Shown here piece by piece: positions 7,349-16,950 of a DNA stretch of 64,000 bases. The position numbers and the translations under genes are program-made. The DNA is taken from positions 1-64,000 of the IMG/VR virus record IMGVR_UViG_3300034104_003795. One strand, 5' to 3'. The notes beneath the pieces were generated by a model. That model searched no databases and was not told the origin of the DNA. It worked only from the letters and a program-made list of their open reading frames with translations. Positions within the stretch are counted from its first letter, which is position 1. Every line of letters starts with the position of its first letter.

Positions 7349-9636
7349 TATTTCATTTTTACTTTTAATGTGTTTCCGCTTTTATTTACTGCATCGGTGA
7401 ATGAAATTGAAATTAAACCTAATACATTGTTCAATTTTGTTTGTGGTTTGAAACTGATTTTATATTCGGTAGTATTATCTAAAACCCCACCATCAGTAAT
7501 TAAAGAACCAAAATTTACATAATCACCTTTATCAGTTCCATAATTAGTTGGTGACCCCTTTGTCTTATAAGATACACTACTAAATTTCAATAAACTATTA
7601 TCGTAATTTAATTTGAATTGAGTTCCAACTAATTCTTGTTGTAATGGGTCAATCTTAATATATGCAGTAACACTATCTCCAATAATTTCAGTTATTATAG
7701 ATGCGTTTATTTGATTTGATATTGGTAAACTCATTGGTATAACACTCATACTTCTAATAGAAGAACCTGATATCGCAGGTGGAGTTTGTTGTGCTGAATG
7801 TGATAAATTTACATCACCTTTCCAAGTTACACTAACATTATATGTGTTATTAAGTGTTCCACTATTCAAATTAAATGGATATAAACTTCTAGTGTAATTG
7901 AATTGTGTATTCCAATTTGATTTTGTAATCGCATCATATTCCGATTTTCCATACAACTTCATCAAATAAGTTAATGTTGAATATTCATTAATAGGTTGTA
8001 CACCTATTAAATGTTGTAATAATTTATAGGTATCGGTTTCATTAAATACACCATTACCATCTACATCTGCGTTCATAAATTGAATACCAGATGTAAACTC
8101 TAATCCACTTTCGTTTCCAAATATTCCACTATTTGATAATTCTTTAAATGCCAAATACACATCGGATACACTTACTACACTACTATATAAATTATTTAGT
8201 TCGGTTTGATTAGTATATGATAAATCAATTCCATGTTGCTTAAACATCACATTAGGTGTAAATGTAAACTCTGCACTCAACCCCCAAAAAAATCCAGCTC
8301 TTCTTATATTAGATGAAAATGATGAACCTGCAAAATTAAGTTCCGTTGGTGTATAAATCCAATATGCGGCCCAAGTTCCATCATCCCATTGATAAGTTAC
8401 AGCCCCATTCCACAAATCAAATAATTGTAAACTTGTAACACTACTTGCTGAAGTACCTTGTGGGAATTCTCTTTTATCAATTAGGATTTGATATCTTTGG
8501 GATTGTGATTCATAATCATATACTACGCACCATTCTACTTGTCCGCCTGATGTTGTTGCTCTAACACCATTACCATTTACCTTTACAGTATCTAAATCAT
8601 TTGTTAAATCAACTTTACCTAATCCACTTATAGCTCTTGATGTGTTAGTTGTTGTTCCCCACACATTGTTTACAAAAGTATTTGCTTTTGCTGTAAATTT
8701 AGTTTCATCTACATTACTTCCAAAATCAAAATTAAATCTTGCTGTTAATACTTCCCCATTTGAATGTGTTACTGAATTTGTATAGAATTCTGTAAATGTT
8801 GCATCATCAGGGTTAGTCCAAGTTCCGTATTCAATTACATAAGGGCAACTAAATCCATTCGGTAAATCATTCCATTGAGAACCGTTCCATTTTGTTACCG
8901 CATAATCTTCGTTACCACTATTGTTTGGTTCACCAGGTGCCCAGTTATTATATTGACCTTGTATGTTTCCGGCTGTTTGTCCGTTTGATGTTTTTATTAG
9001 AGTTCCAGCTTCAGGACCGGCATCAATTCTCCATTGTCCCTCAACAGCTTCATCCGTTAATGCAAACCAAATGTTTGTTTGTGGAACATTGTTAAACACA
9101 AACGCATCTTCATCTGCGGAAGTGATTGTTACCAAATATCCTTGTTGCCCTTTAAATGTGGTATTTAACGCTGCCGCCCTTGCACCCGTATAACTTGTTC
9201 CTGTTGATATTGGTCTATAAAAATGACCATTTGTTCCATTGTAAAAGAACCCCGTTGGATTAACCGTAGCTGCTACCGATAATGCAATATTACCTCTTAC
9301 TGAACCTGTGTTTACTTTTAAAGATGCTAATGCCGTATTGATATTAGCCATTGTTCCCGTTACCACTAAACGAGTCTTATTACCTGCTAATGTAAATCCA
9401 CTAGCTGCAGTTAGACCTGTTGTTGTGGTTAAGTTAAATGTAGTACCTGTTGGTGGATTAACTAAACTGATTGAAGCTAATAGAGTTGCGGTTGAACCAA
9501 ATCCACTCAATACAAACCCACTCGCATCTTGTCCGTTTGTGGATGGTAAAAAAGATTTAGAGTCCGGTGCAGATACACTCTGACCGAACCCTAAATTTGT
9601 AATTAATAAAAATAAAAATATTAATAAGTTTCTCAT
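7348..9636 (-). CDS. exported multidomain protein: C-type lectin, dockerin-like repeat, C-terminal cohesin-like domain
   Basis: Signal peptide; GYLVTITSADEDAF..WFALTD..YNNWAPGEPNNSGNEDYAVTKWNGSQWNDLP (CTL); ADVDGNGVFNETDTYKLLQHLIG; WKGDVNLSH; LVGTQFKLNYDNSLLKF. Confidence 0.7.
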   Translation of the reverse strand: MRNLLIFLFLLITNLGFGQSVSAPDSKSFLPSTNGQDASGFVLSGFGSTATLLASISLVNPPTGTTFNLTTTTGLTAASGFTLAGNKTRLVVTGTMANINTALASLKVNTGSVRGNIALSVAATVNPTGFFYNGTNGHFYRPISTGTSYTGARAAALNTTFKGQQGYLVTITSADEDAFVFNNVPQTNIWFALTDEAVEGQWRIDAGPEAGTLIKTSNGQTAGNIQGQYNNWAPGEPNNSGNEDYAVTKWNGSQWNDLPNGFSCPYVIEYGTWTNPDDATFTEFYTNSVTHSNGEVLTARFNFDFGSNVDETKFTAKANTFVNNVWGTTTNTSRAISGLGKVDLTNDLDTVKVNGNGVRATTSGGQVEWCVVYDYESQSQRYQILIDKREFPQGTSASSVTSLQLFDLWNGAVTYQWDDGTWAAYWIYTPTELNFAGSSFSSNIRRAGFFWGLSAEFTFTPNVMFKQHGIDLSYTNQTELNNLYSSVVSVSDVYLAFKELSNSGIFGNESGLEFTSGIQFMNADVDGNGVFNETDTYKLLQHLIGVQPINEYSTLTYLMKLYGKSEYDAITKSNWNTQFNYTRSLYPFNLNSGTLNNTYNVSVTWKGDVNLSHSAQQTPPAISGSSIRSMSVIPMSLPISNQINASIITEIIGDSVTAYIKIDPLQQELVGTQFKLNYDNSLLKFSSVSYKTKGSPTNYGTDKGDYVNFGSLITDGGVLDNTTEYKISFKPQTKLNNVLGLISISFTDAVNKSGNTLKVKMK

Positions 9637-11318
9637 TAGTCTACTACAAGTTCTATCTTCTTACCAGTCGCATCAACAGCATCTGCTAGTACAAAGAAGA
9701 ATAAACCGGCAGTATTGCTTAATGGAACTTTTGGTGTGAAGATTAATTTATATGGAATACCAGTTTTGATTCTAGAAACTTTTATTTGGTCAATAGAACC
9801 AAATGTCAATCTACCATTATCATGCGTTGAGAAATTGGTGATTGTAGAACCAGCATCAAATATTACATTATCTAATGTTAATTTTGTTGAATCATAATTC
9901 ATAATAACCTGTAAACCCGCTAAACCTTCTTTGGTTAATCTAGTACTTAAAACAACTTTACCACCTTCTAATGTAGATACTACACTTAAAGATGCTTGTT
10001 CTAATTTAGCACTTTCATATGAATTTGATTGATATGAAGTCATTGCCATTGTTGACATACTCTTTATAGTAGCAACATCCGATGTACCAGGATTAGCTGC
10101 ATTTGTAAAGATACCACTTGCTATTCTTGCAGCTACAGTATCAGGATGAGATGAATGTGACCAATCCAAATCACCACCCCATGCAAATACAGCATCCACA
10201 GTTTGTGCAGGTTGTGTAACATATACTCTATATTTTGAAGTACCATCTAACCAACTCTGATTTAACAATCCACTATTCCATCTCCAAGAAGTTGCAGTTG
10301 ATGTTGGTATAAATGCGTTAGCCGATACGTCTTGTCCCATTACATAAGCAAATGCGTAATAAGAATCTGCTTCGGTGAAGGTCATATCATTTTTAGTAAT
10401 ATTACCAATTTTCTTTTCTAAATTTGGTCTTGTGAAATAATTTGCAACACCACTAATATCAGTTTGTGAAACACCTAAGAATGATTTGTATGCATCTGAT
10501 ACAGTTATAACATTGTTCATCCAAGTCTTTTGTGATGCAGGTGATACAAATACACCTAATGAATCACCAACTTTAATACCAGAAGTAAATAAGGCTTCAC
10601 CACTACCATCTAATGCTCTTTGTGCAATAGGTTGTTGTGACCAATCTATATCACCAGTACCATCGGTTTTTAATTTCATTAATTGAATGTTATGGTCAGC
10701 AATATTATATCCAGATGGAAATAATACTCTTACTTTAAAGAAAGAAGTATTACCAGTCACTCCGGTAATTGATAAAGGACCGGATGTTGTTTTTACATAT
10801 GGAATATTTGCACCAGTAGCACTATCTAAAGCATATGATAAATCCAATTTATGAAAGTTTTGATAAGTGTTTTGGTCTTTAATGATATACTTTTGTGTTG
10901 CTATCACACCATTTACCGATTGGTCTGCTCTTTGAACTGCTAATTGTCCAACATTCCAATCTGCATTTACAGCATATCCCCAAGGTGTAGTGGTATATTG
11001 ACCATATAAAGATGTATCACTCACATTTGCATTTGAGGTGAACTTATAGTTAGTCCAACCGGTATAATAAGTTTGTGATTGACTACCTTGTGAGAAAGCA
11101 GTAGATACATAAGTTAAAGCCTTATTATTAAATTGATATCTTAACCAAAAATAACGTGGTTTAGTTACACCTTTATCTACACTATATGTTACGGTTACAG
11201 TATCACCAACTTTATAAGGTCCTGCTGAAATAGATTGGTTTACAACTATTTGCGCTTCTGTCTTAAATGTTAATAGGGATATCACCAATACCCCTAAAAA
11301 TGTTAATAGTTTTTTCAT
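9636..11318 (-). CDS. exported protein with degenerate dockerin-like and C-terminal cohesin-like domains
   Basis: Signal peptide ..TEA-Q; ITVSDAYKSFL; WGGDLDWSHS; GLAGLQVIMNYDSTKLTLDNV. Confidence 0.6.
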   Translation of the reverse strand: MKKLLTFLGVLVISLLTFKTEAQIVVNQSISAGPYKVGDTVTVTYSVDKGVTKPRYFWLRYQFNNKALTYVSTAFSQGSQSQTYYTGWTNYKFTSNANVSDTSLYGQYTTTPWGYAVNADWNVGQLAVQRADQSVNGVIATQKYIIKDQNTYQNFHKLDLSYALDSATGANIPYVKTTSGPLSITGVTGNTSFFKVRVLFPSGYNIADHNIQLMKLKTDGTGDIDWSQQPIAQRALDGSGEALFTSGIKVGDSLGVFVSPASQKTWMNNVITVSDAYKSFLGVSQTDISGVANYFTRPNLEKKIGNITKNDMTFTEADSYYAFAYVMGQDVSANAFIPTSTATSWRWNSGLLNQSWLDGTSKYRVYVTQPAQTVDAVFAWGGDLDWSHSSHPDTVAARIASGIFTNAANPGTSDVATIKSMSTMAMTSYQSNSYESAKLEQASLSVVSTLEGGKVVLSTRLTKEGLAGLQVIMNYDSTKLTLDNVIFDAGSTITNFSTHDNGRLTFGSIDQIKVSRIKTGIPYKLIFTPKVPLSNTAGLFFFVLADAVDATGKKIELVVD

Positions 11319-11319
11319 C

Positions 11320-11976
11320 TTACTTTGCGTTTTTACCGAATAGTTTTTTAATCAAACTATCCGATGCTTTTTTAAGGGCGTTGCTTAAGGATGTTTGATT
11401 GAATTTACCACCCTGGTCAACGATTAACGTAGACATTGATATTTCAGATGAACTTTCTTCCACCACCACTTCTTTCTCTTTCTTTCCATCTTTATAAAGA
11501 ATACCCTGTAGTCTTACAACCACTTCTTCTTCTCCTTTATGAAAAACTGAAATATTTGTTTTTGTAGATAACACATCCAAATAAACAATATTTACTTTTA
11601 ATTTGTATGGTGCATCCGGAGCTAAATCATATCCTTTTTCCTGAAGATATTCTTCTAATATATTTTTTACCCCAAATGCCAAATTACGATTTCCGGCTAA
11701 TTTACCAATCTTAACCTGGTTTTCAACACCTTCAACCCAAACGTGGTCTGATTCTTCATACCAAATATTTTCTGGATTATTTTTGAATGTACCGTCAATT
11801 CTATGAGTAATTTCATTAGAGAGTTCGGTAGCCCATTGTTCTCTACCACTAATTTGTAGAAATACAAAGAACAATTGGAATACGAGTGCAAATCCTATAA
11901 AAAGACCAACACCCAGTAAAAACATTTTGAACAATAACTCTTTAAAGTTCAAAACAGTTGATTTAATGTATTGCAT
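11320..11976 (-). CDS. membrane-anchored CsgG/TolB-N-like protein
   Basis: N-terminal TM; GNRNLAFGVKNILEEYLQEKGY and FNQTSLSNALKKA parallel the 3008 protein. Confidence 0.45.
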   Translation of the reverse strand: MQYIKSTVLNFKELLFKMFLLGVGLFIGFALVFQLFFVFLQISGREQWATELSNEITHRIDGTFKNNPENIWYEESDHVWVEGVENQVKIGKLAGNRNLAFGVKNILEEYLQEKGYDLAPDAPYKLKVNIVYLDVLSTKTNISVFHKGEEEVVVRLQGILYKDGKKEKEVVVEESSSEISMSTLIVDQGGKFNQTSLSNALKKASDSLIKKLFGKNAK

Positions 11977-12072
11977 GATTTTTCCTGCTTATTATATTAG
12001 TATAACAAGTTACGGAACACTTATCACAACGAAATTTTGTAAAACTATTGCAGAAACTAATTGGACACAAAT

Positions 12073-12108
12073 AAAAAGAGTATCCAAACATAAATATTGG
12101 ATACTCTT
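12073..12108 (-). terminator. terminator, perfect 12-bp stem; loop carries ATATTTATG
   Basis: AAGAGTATCCAA-acataaata-TTGGATACTCTT. Confidence 0.75.
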
Positions 12109-12134
12109 AAAATAGTATTATTTTTAATATTAAA

Positions 12135-12500
12135 TTATAAATTTCTTAATTTATAGAGGGTAGAATATATTAACTTTTCAACATTATCAACTTCATTTTG
12201 AATCCAACTCGCTGATAATTCTTCGGTTTTTCTATTTGTTTGTACAAATTTTAATAGGTCTTCAAAGTATTCAATGATATTCTCAATTGATGCATCGTTA
12301 TCAATTCCCTTTACTGCTTTGAATTCAATCAAACCCGCCATTCCTTGATAACCTTCTACTAAACCATCTATTAATCCTACTATACCATCGTAGTATGCTT
12401 CTAAAGCAAGATGTGGAGCTAATCCGTTTGGAGATACTCTTAAATGAAACACATGCGCCTGTGTTCTGCTGTGTAATAACATTGAAGCTAAATCTGTCAT
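12135..12500 (-). CDS. ferritin/Dps-like four-helix protein (DUF5856-type phage family)
   Basis: HSRTQAHVFH..HLALEAYYDGIVGLIDGLVEGYQG..IQNEVDNVEKLIYSTLYKL. Confidence 0.65.
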   Translation of the reverse strand: MTDLASMLLHSRTQAHVFHLRVSPNGLAPHLALEAYYDGIVGLIDGLVEGYQGMAGLIEFKAVKGIDNDASIENIIEYFEDLLKFVQTNRKTEELSASWIQNEVDNVEKLIYSTLYKLRNL

Positions 12501-12518
12501 ATTATAATCCTTTATAGA

Positions 12519-13241
12519 TTATAAATATTCCTCTTTCCAAAAATCGTTACTTGGTGATGTAATCATTCCGTGGTCTAAATAATCATTCAACATCTTTACC
12601 TGATGTTTCTTCATTTCGTTTACCACTTTTGTAATGTAGTGAGTCTTACAATCTGTCATTTCTCTAATAAGAAGATATAAATGTTTCTTATTAAAGTTTT
12701 CTATAAATCTACTTCTGCGGAATAACTCTAATACCGCATCTGCAATTTGTATATCTCTTTTCTTTGTAAATACTTTGGTAAGATTCTGGTCCCAATATTT
12801 GAGCATTAAATCTTTGAATTCTACAAACTCATTTCCTTGCTCAACTTCTCTAAAGTCATCTTCAGGATTCCAACTTTCTGGCATTTCAGAAAGTAGTGCA
12901 GTCTTTTTGAAGCGTTTGTAGTTACCATTATTTTTTAGAATCAAATGGTTTTTTGCAACAATAGAAAAATAAGAGAATGCTTTACCCTTACCTTCTTTGA
13001 ACATATGTATTTTTTCAATGAGAGTAGATACCACTTCCATTTGAATATCTTCTTTGGATACATCAAAATATGAAAACTTAAATGTATTGAGAATATTTTC
13101 TGCTAATTTTTCAAATGGATATTTTATACTTTCTTCGTAAATTTTATTTCTAAATTTAAAATCTTCAGATTTGTTATATTCTATAATGGCTCTTTCAGTA
13201 TCCATTGTAAAATACATTTTTTCCTTCTTTTTTCTAGGCAT
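12519..13241 (-). CDS. phage sigma factor (sigma70 region-2, T4 gp55-like)
   Basis: YFTMDTERAI..EDIQMEVVSTLIEKIHMFKEGKGKAFSYFSIVAKN. Confidence 0.7.
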   Translation of the reverse strand: MPRKKKEKMYFTMDTERAIIEYNKSEDFKFRNKIYEESIKYPFEKLAENILNTFKFSYFDVSKEDIQMEVVSTLIEKIHMFKEGKGKAFSYFSIVAKNHLILKNNGNYKRFKKTALLSEMPESWNPEDDFREVEQGNEFVEFKDLMLKYWDQNLTKVFTKKRDIQIADAVLELFRRSRFIENFNKKHLYLLIREMTDCKTHYITKVVNEMKKHQVKMLNDYLDHGMITSPSNDFWKEEYL

Positions 13242-13244
13242 GTT

Positions 13245-14056
13245 TTAGATTTCGTTTTTATATGTTTCTATTGTTTCCTTTAATTCAGAAAACACAGCTC
13301 CTACTTCATCATCGGATTCAAATGAACCTCTAATATCAATTTCTTTCATTTTTTGGAGCATGGATTCTATTTTAATTTGAGTACCGATTTGTCTATCATC
13401 GTAATCTCTAATAGTATCCATTAATTGTTCATTTTGCTTGACAAAGTTTATCCCTCTAATTAATAGAAGGATATTAAATATTATTGAAGCTGGTAATAAT
13501 ATTATTAGTAAGAATCCAATTAAATAATCCATAAAATTTTAATTAATATACAAATATACAATTTTTTATTGAAACTACCAAATTTAAGCTTCGCCCATTT
13601 TACCACCAAACATAGAACTATTAAAATAATCTATTTCCATTTCGTTTCTGGCTTTTTTTATTTCGTTTTGGGCCCATTCCATTTTAGCCTGAAATCTATC
13701 ATCAAGTTTTTCTTCCTTAATTTTTTTAGTTTCTATTAACTCATCTACTAATGCTTCTAATAACAATTGTAAGGTTAATATTCTTTCGTTTTGTGCTGCT
13801 AATAATTCTTTCATGCTAATTCAATTGAGCCACTATAAGCGGTTTGAAAGATTTGTGATAGTTCTGAATCCAAATCTTTTTTATATTCTATACCAAATGC
13901 TTTTCTTACTGATAACGATGTATATCCCATAGCTCCCGCCATTCTCATACACATTCTTTTGTATTCCCAAACATCCATATCGTTTGGTACTTCAAATTCT
14001 ATTTTAGAAGCTTCTCTATTTTCTTCTTCATCTATGATAAATATTAATTTTGCCAT
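13245..14056 (-). CDS. run of three small hypothetical CDSs (13245-13532 N-terminal TM/coiled coil; 13584-13814; 13811-14056)
   Basis: Tightly packed ORFs on the main coding strand. Confidence 0.55.
13551..13582 (-). promoter_or_regulatory. Bacteroidota primary-sigma promoter
   Basis: Minus strand TTTGG-N19-TATATTTG. Confidence 0.75.
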
Positions 14057-14066
14057 TGTTTAGAAT

Positions 14067-14648
14067 TTAAATTACACTCCATCCTTTTTGTAGGTAAGAA
14101 TCAACCTTTTTGCTTTTTACAAATTCCATTTCACCCGCAGGTCCTTGTAACATAACTCTTTCATTTCTACCAGGTGCTTTATCTTTTGTAATAGTTTCTG
14201 AATATTGACGAGTTGGATGTGTAATATCAATACCATCAATTGCATCCAAAGCCCGTTGTACTAACACAGCTTCCAATAAGCCGGCATCACTAAAAAATTC
14301 ATCAGCACTTTTCCAATCAAATGTTTCACTCGTTGCTTTAAATTCAACTTTTCCCAAATTATCGGTTTCCAATACTATCCAAGGGTAACGAATTGTTTTT
14401 CTAACTTTATTTTCTTTATATGTATCTTTTTCAAAATATACCAATGGTCTATCTGATAATGATATTACTTTTGGGTTTACCAAAGTTAATTCATCTTCTT
14501 TATTTCCCAATCGTATAGTAATGATTCGTTTATCAATTAATACATCCGCGGCACTAAATACAATGCCTTCTAAAGAAGATATCAATGATTTATACGAAGA
14601 AACATCTTCGGCAGATATTGGAGCCTCACTAATTTTTTTTATTTTCAT
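14067..14648 (-). CDS. peptide-deformylase-like protein with all catalytic motifs degenerate, plus SEC-C-like tail
   Basis: GIVFSAADV, LVNPKVI, EKDTY, QRALDAIDGI line up with PDF motifs 1-3; PGRNERV tail. Confidence 0.6.
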   Translation of the reverse strand: MKIKKISEAPISAEDVSSYKSLISSLEGIVFSAADVLIDKRIITIRLGNKEDELTLVNPKVISLSDRPLVYFEKDTYKENKVRKTIRYPWIVLETDNLGKVEFKATSETFDWKSADEFFSDAGLLEAVLVQRALDAIDGIDITHPTRQYSETITKDKAPGRNERVMLQGPAGEMEFVKSKKVDSYLQKGWSVI

Positions 14649-14649
14649 T

Positions 14650-14913
14650 TTATTTATTTTTATATTTAATAGTATTTTCAAAAAATTCTTTATCAATTAA
14701 TTTCCATTTATTTGCAGGGCAAGCATTTTCAACTGGCGAATATATCTTACCGCTCAACGGACACCCACACAATCCGCATCTTGCAAAAGCAATTACTTGC
14801 TTATGTTCACATGAATTACAAATATCCATTCTTAAAGATGCTAACTGTTTTTGTGCTTCATTTGGATTGAATGAAGTTTTCCATGCTTTAAAAATTTCTT
14901 CAACTTTATTCAT
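14650..14913 (-). CDS. Cys-rich metal-binding small protein
   Basis: CNSC..CGLCGCP..CPANKW. Confidence 0.55.
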   Translation of the reverse strand: MNKVEEIFKAWKTSFNPNEAQKQLASLRMDICNSCEHKQVIAFARCGLCGCPLSGKIYSPVENACPANKWKLIDKEFFENTIKYKNK

Positions 14914-15096
14914 TGTTGTTTGGATTTTTTATAATGTTATTATATTCTTTAATTTTTTCTTCTACATAATCTATTGAACCTTCGTGTTGAGATTCAAATC
15001 CCATATAACCCATATAGAATTTTATATTCTCCGGATATTCTTCTAATTCTTTTTTTATATCTTCTACACTTCGTAGATGTTTTGTTATCTTTGTCA

Positions 15097-15483
15097 TTAT
15101 TCTAAATCACTTGGTTGATTTCTGTATATTCGGTAACTATCTTCGTCAAAATGTTGGGTACTCGCTTCAAATATTGTAGCACCATCAGTTAGTGCCGTAA
15201 GTTGATGTGGTAATCCTTTTTTTATTTCTATCACATCACCTTGCTGTATTTGTGTGTAACATCTCTCACCATTTTCGGTATCAATCCAATCAAATTGAAA
15301 TGCTCCTTCTTGCACATACCAAGTTTCATCTTTAATCATATGATAATGCATTGAGAATTTATTTCCTGAATTATTAAATACTAATAACTTACCACAATAA
15401 TCAGTATCATTATGTATCCATAATTCATATCCCCATTTCTTTTCAACTCTTTTAGGATGTTGTATTTTTACATCGTATATCAT
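15097..15483 (-). CDS. cupin (sugar isomerase-like)
   Basis: KKWGYE..SMHYHMIKDETWYVQEG..IKKGLPHQL. Confidence 0.75.
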   Translation of the reverse strand: MIYDVKIQHPKRVEKKWGYELWIHNDTDYCGKLLVFNNSGNKFSMHYHMIKDETWYVQEGAFQFDWIDTENGERCYTQIQQGDVIEIKKGLPHQLTALTDGATIFEASTQHFDEDSYRIYRNQPSDLE

Positions 15484-15484
15484 A

Positions 15485-16408
15485 TTAATTACTTAAAGGT
15501 GCTTTAATTGTTGGGTGTGATTGATATCCTTCTAATATGAAATCATCAGGTGTATTACAACATATACCGTCTATCTTTGCATCAGTTTTTAATTGTGGTA
15601 AATCAAATGATTCTCTACTGATTTGTTCTTTTGCCTGTTGGATATGGTTTAAATACAAATGAGTATCACCTAAATTACCAATCAATTCATCAGGTACCAT
15701 ATTCACTTCATTCGCTATAATATGTAACAATAATCCATATGAAGCAATATTAAATGGTAATCCTAAAAACGTATCCACACTTCTTTGATTCCACATTAAC
15801 GAAATTGCTCTTTTAGGTATATTTAATTCATCCAATTTAGATTCATCAAAATCTTCTGCGTAGTAAATACTTTTATTTATAGAATCGGTAAAATATTTTT
15901 TTCTTTCTTCAAAGCTTAATTCTCTTGTATAAACTTGGAATCCATAATGACAAGGCGGTAATACCATTTGGTCTAACTCACCTACATTCCAAGCACTCAC
16001 CATTAATCTTCTACTATCTGGATTTTCTTTTAAGTTTGTAACCAAATCATGTATCTGGTCAATCTTACCATTACTACCATTCCACTGTCTCCATTGTTTA
16101 CCATATATAGGTCCTAATTCACCGTCAGTTCTTCCACTCTTTTCATAATCACCATCCCATATATGATTATTATGTTTATGTAAAAAAGAAATATTAGTTT
16201 GACCTGTTAGAAACCAAAGTAGTTCCGATACAACTTGCTTCCACGCTAATTTTTTTGTTGTAAGAGCCGGAAATCCATCTTTCATATTATGTCTGATAGT
16301 GTATCCGAAAATAGATTTAGTACCAGTTCCGGTTCTATCTTTTTTCTCAACACCATAGTTGATAATAGTTTCTAATAATTCTTTATATTGTTTATCTAAA
16401 TTATTCAT
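15485..16408 (-). CDS. thyA: thymidylate synthase
   Basis: DRTGTGT, LGPIYGKQWR, LPPCH, QRSVDTFLGLPFNIASY, HLYLNH. Confidence 0.97.
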   Translation of the reverse strand: MNNLDKQYKELLETIINYGVEKKDRTGTGTKSIFGYTIRHNMKDGFPALTTKKLAWKQVVSELLWFLTGQTNISFLHKHNNHIWDGDYEKSGRTDGELGPIYGKQWRQWNGSNGKIDQIHDLVTNLKENPDSRRLMVSAWNVGELDQMVLPPCHYGFQVYTRELSFEERKKYFTDSINKSIYYAEDFDESKLDELNIPKRAISLMWNQRSVDTFLGLPFNIASYGLLLHIIANEVNMVPDELIGNLGDTHLYLNHIQQAKEQISRESFDLPQLKTDAKIDGICCNTPDDFILEGYQSHPTIKAPLSN

Positions 16409-16409
16409 A

Positions 16410-16950
16410 TTAAATTATTAAATCATCCAGTTTTATATTGTGTTCATCCAATATTTCATATATCTTTTCATATACCATATCTAATGCCTCATACTTATCT
16501 ATTTCTTTACCTTCCATACTCCACTCTAACCTCTTTTTAGTATTATGGGTTATATCCCACAATGCTAATGCCATATCCAATGATTTAACAGCTCTTTTAT
16601 GTGCCATAGAATCATCGGCATCATTTAAATCATATTCTAGTTTTGCCTTTGCCATTTTTTTCAGTTTTAGTTTTGAAAAAGAAAAATAATTTTGATTCTA
16701 AATTATCCATTTGAGTCATAGCTATCCATTTACCCAATACACTACCACCAATATAAAATGGTAGTACCCACATATCACCTTTTAACAAACTATCTAATGA
16801 GAAATAAACCGAAGCAAGTGATACCAAATTAATCCATACTGAATTAAGCATCAATCTTGTCAATTGATTTTCATAAGTAAATTTAATTTCCAATACCTTA
16901 AAGATATTAAACATTATTTGAAAAGTTAATATGGCTATATAATTCATCAT
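16410..16950 (-). CDS. two small CDSs (16410-16655 hypothetical; 16630-16950 multi-TM membrane protein)
   Basis: Overlapping start/stop packing; hydrophobic segments. Confidence 0.55.

Noticed and set aside
15780-15910. Insertion within thyA as an intein or intron
   Set aside because: Short in-frame loop with no Cys/His-Asn splice motifs and no stop codons.
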